From: Mobula hypostoma
Lineage: Eukaryota
Reading direction: 5' to 3'
Assembly (NCBI RefSeq): GCF_963921235.1
Contig: NC_086108.1
Span: 108,192,001 to 108,256,000, forward strand
DNA: 64,000 nt
The position numbers and the translations under genes are program-made. Each line of letters opens with the position of its first letter. The stretch's first letter is position 1. Shown here in pieces: positions 63,213-64,000 of the stretch. A model generated the notes under the pieces. The model searched no databases and was not told the DNA's origin. It saw nothing but the letters and a program-made list of their open reading frames with translations.

Positions 63213-63288
63213 GACAGGTGGGAAATATAAATAGGCAGGTGTGGTTTAAAAATAGTCTGGCACTATCCGCAAGATGGTCCCAGCTGGT
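63213..63288. promoter_or_regulatory. Candidate muscle-type cis-regulatory module
   Basis: CAGGTG (63215, 63236), TATAAATAG (63226), MEF2 consensus TTAAAAATAG (63246-63255) and CAGCTG (63281) in non-repeat sequence. Motif evidence only. Confidence 0.4.
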
Positions 63289-64000
63289 CGAGGAGGAAGG
63301 TGACCTTTGCACCAGAGAACTGTAAAAGGTTTGTGATATCCGTGAGCTGCAGATTCCCTGCATGCCGAAGTCCGGGTTTGTGTCGCTGCTGCAGAGATTT
63401 GTTGTGCTTTTCTGAATGCTTGTCAGCCCTTCTGGCCCAGTTCATAATTGATGCAAACTATCACTGGGGTCATGCCAGTCACAAACCCAAACTCAATAGA
63501 GAAGGAAAATGTGCAAGGCAGACATTTCAAGGGCTCTGAGCTTGAAGGAACATCGTTGCAATTTGCCCTGAAGTCTTCAGAAGGGCATCTGAGTTGCCTC
63601 TAAAAAAAAGGCACAACTTTCTGGAAGATATCTTCAACAGACCTTGAGGTTATCAATGTAAAGCTTAATTGGAGGTTGAATTAAGACAAAATGTCTGAAA
63701 TCTGACCTGCAAAGTGCACATTTGGGTCAATTATTTTGCATTTTGAATCAGTAGCAGTGGAAACTGGTCTTTCAATTGAAATTAATCTGAAAAAAAGTAT
63801 CAGTTCTAATGCAGCGTCTTAATGTCCCTTCACCACCTTGGCCCTCTGAGTTTCTCCAGTGGTCTGTTTATTGATGGAAAATAATACTCGATTGATGATC
63901 ATCACTTCCAGGCTAATTGGAACAGGAGTCCTGGTGTTGAGGGAGATGCTGTCACAACCACGGACACGCTGCAGAGTCTGGCTGCCCTTACAGGCGGGCA

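Overview
Repeat-dominated, apparently non-coding (intronic or intergenic) vertebrate DNA. It most likely comes from a cartilaginous fish (ray/shark), inferred from HE1-like V-SINEs and the abundant CR1, Rex1/Babar and Penelope-like families. No host protein-coding gene could be supported; the recognisable ORFs are transposon-derived. Contents: a decayed Tc1 transposase, a Harbinger MITE, many CR1 fragments including a near-complete decayed ORF2, several Rex1/Babar subfamilies, about 15 V-SINEs, RTE-related non-autonomous elements, an R4/Dong fragment and small hAT/Tc1-type MITEs. The most interesting system is a young Penelope-like (Neptune-type) element at 22623-25076, with RT + GIY-YIG, a 13-bp TSD and a minimal type I hammerhead ribozyme (HHR) near its 3' end. 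About 20 dispersed HHR-bearing derivatives accompany it, including about 95-210 bp 'ribozyme + tail' insertions with their own 12-14 bp TSDs and many inverted (palindromic) pairs. Other points of note are a composite double-TIR Tc1-type MITE carrying a captured LINE tail and a compact muscle-type enhancer signature near 63.2 kb. Family assignments rest on motif recognition by eye, and boundaries of old repeats are approximate.
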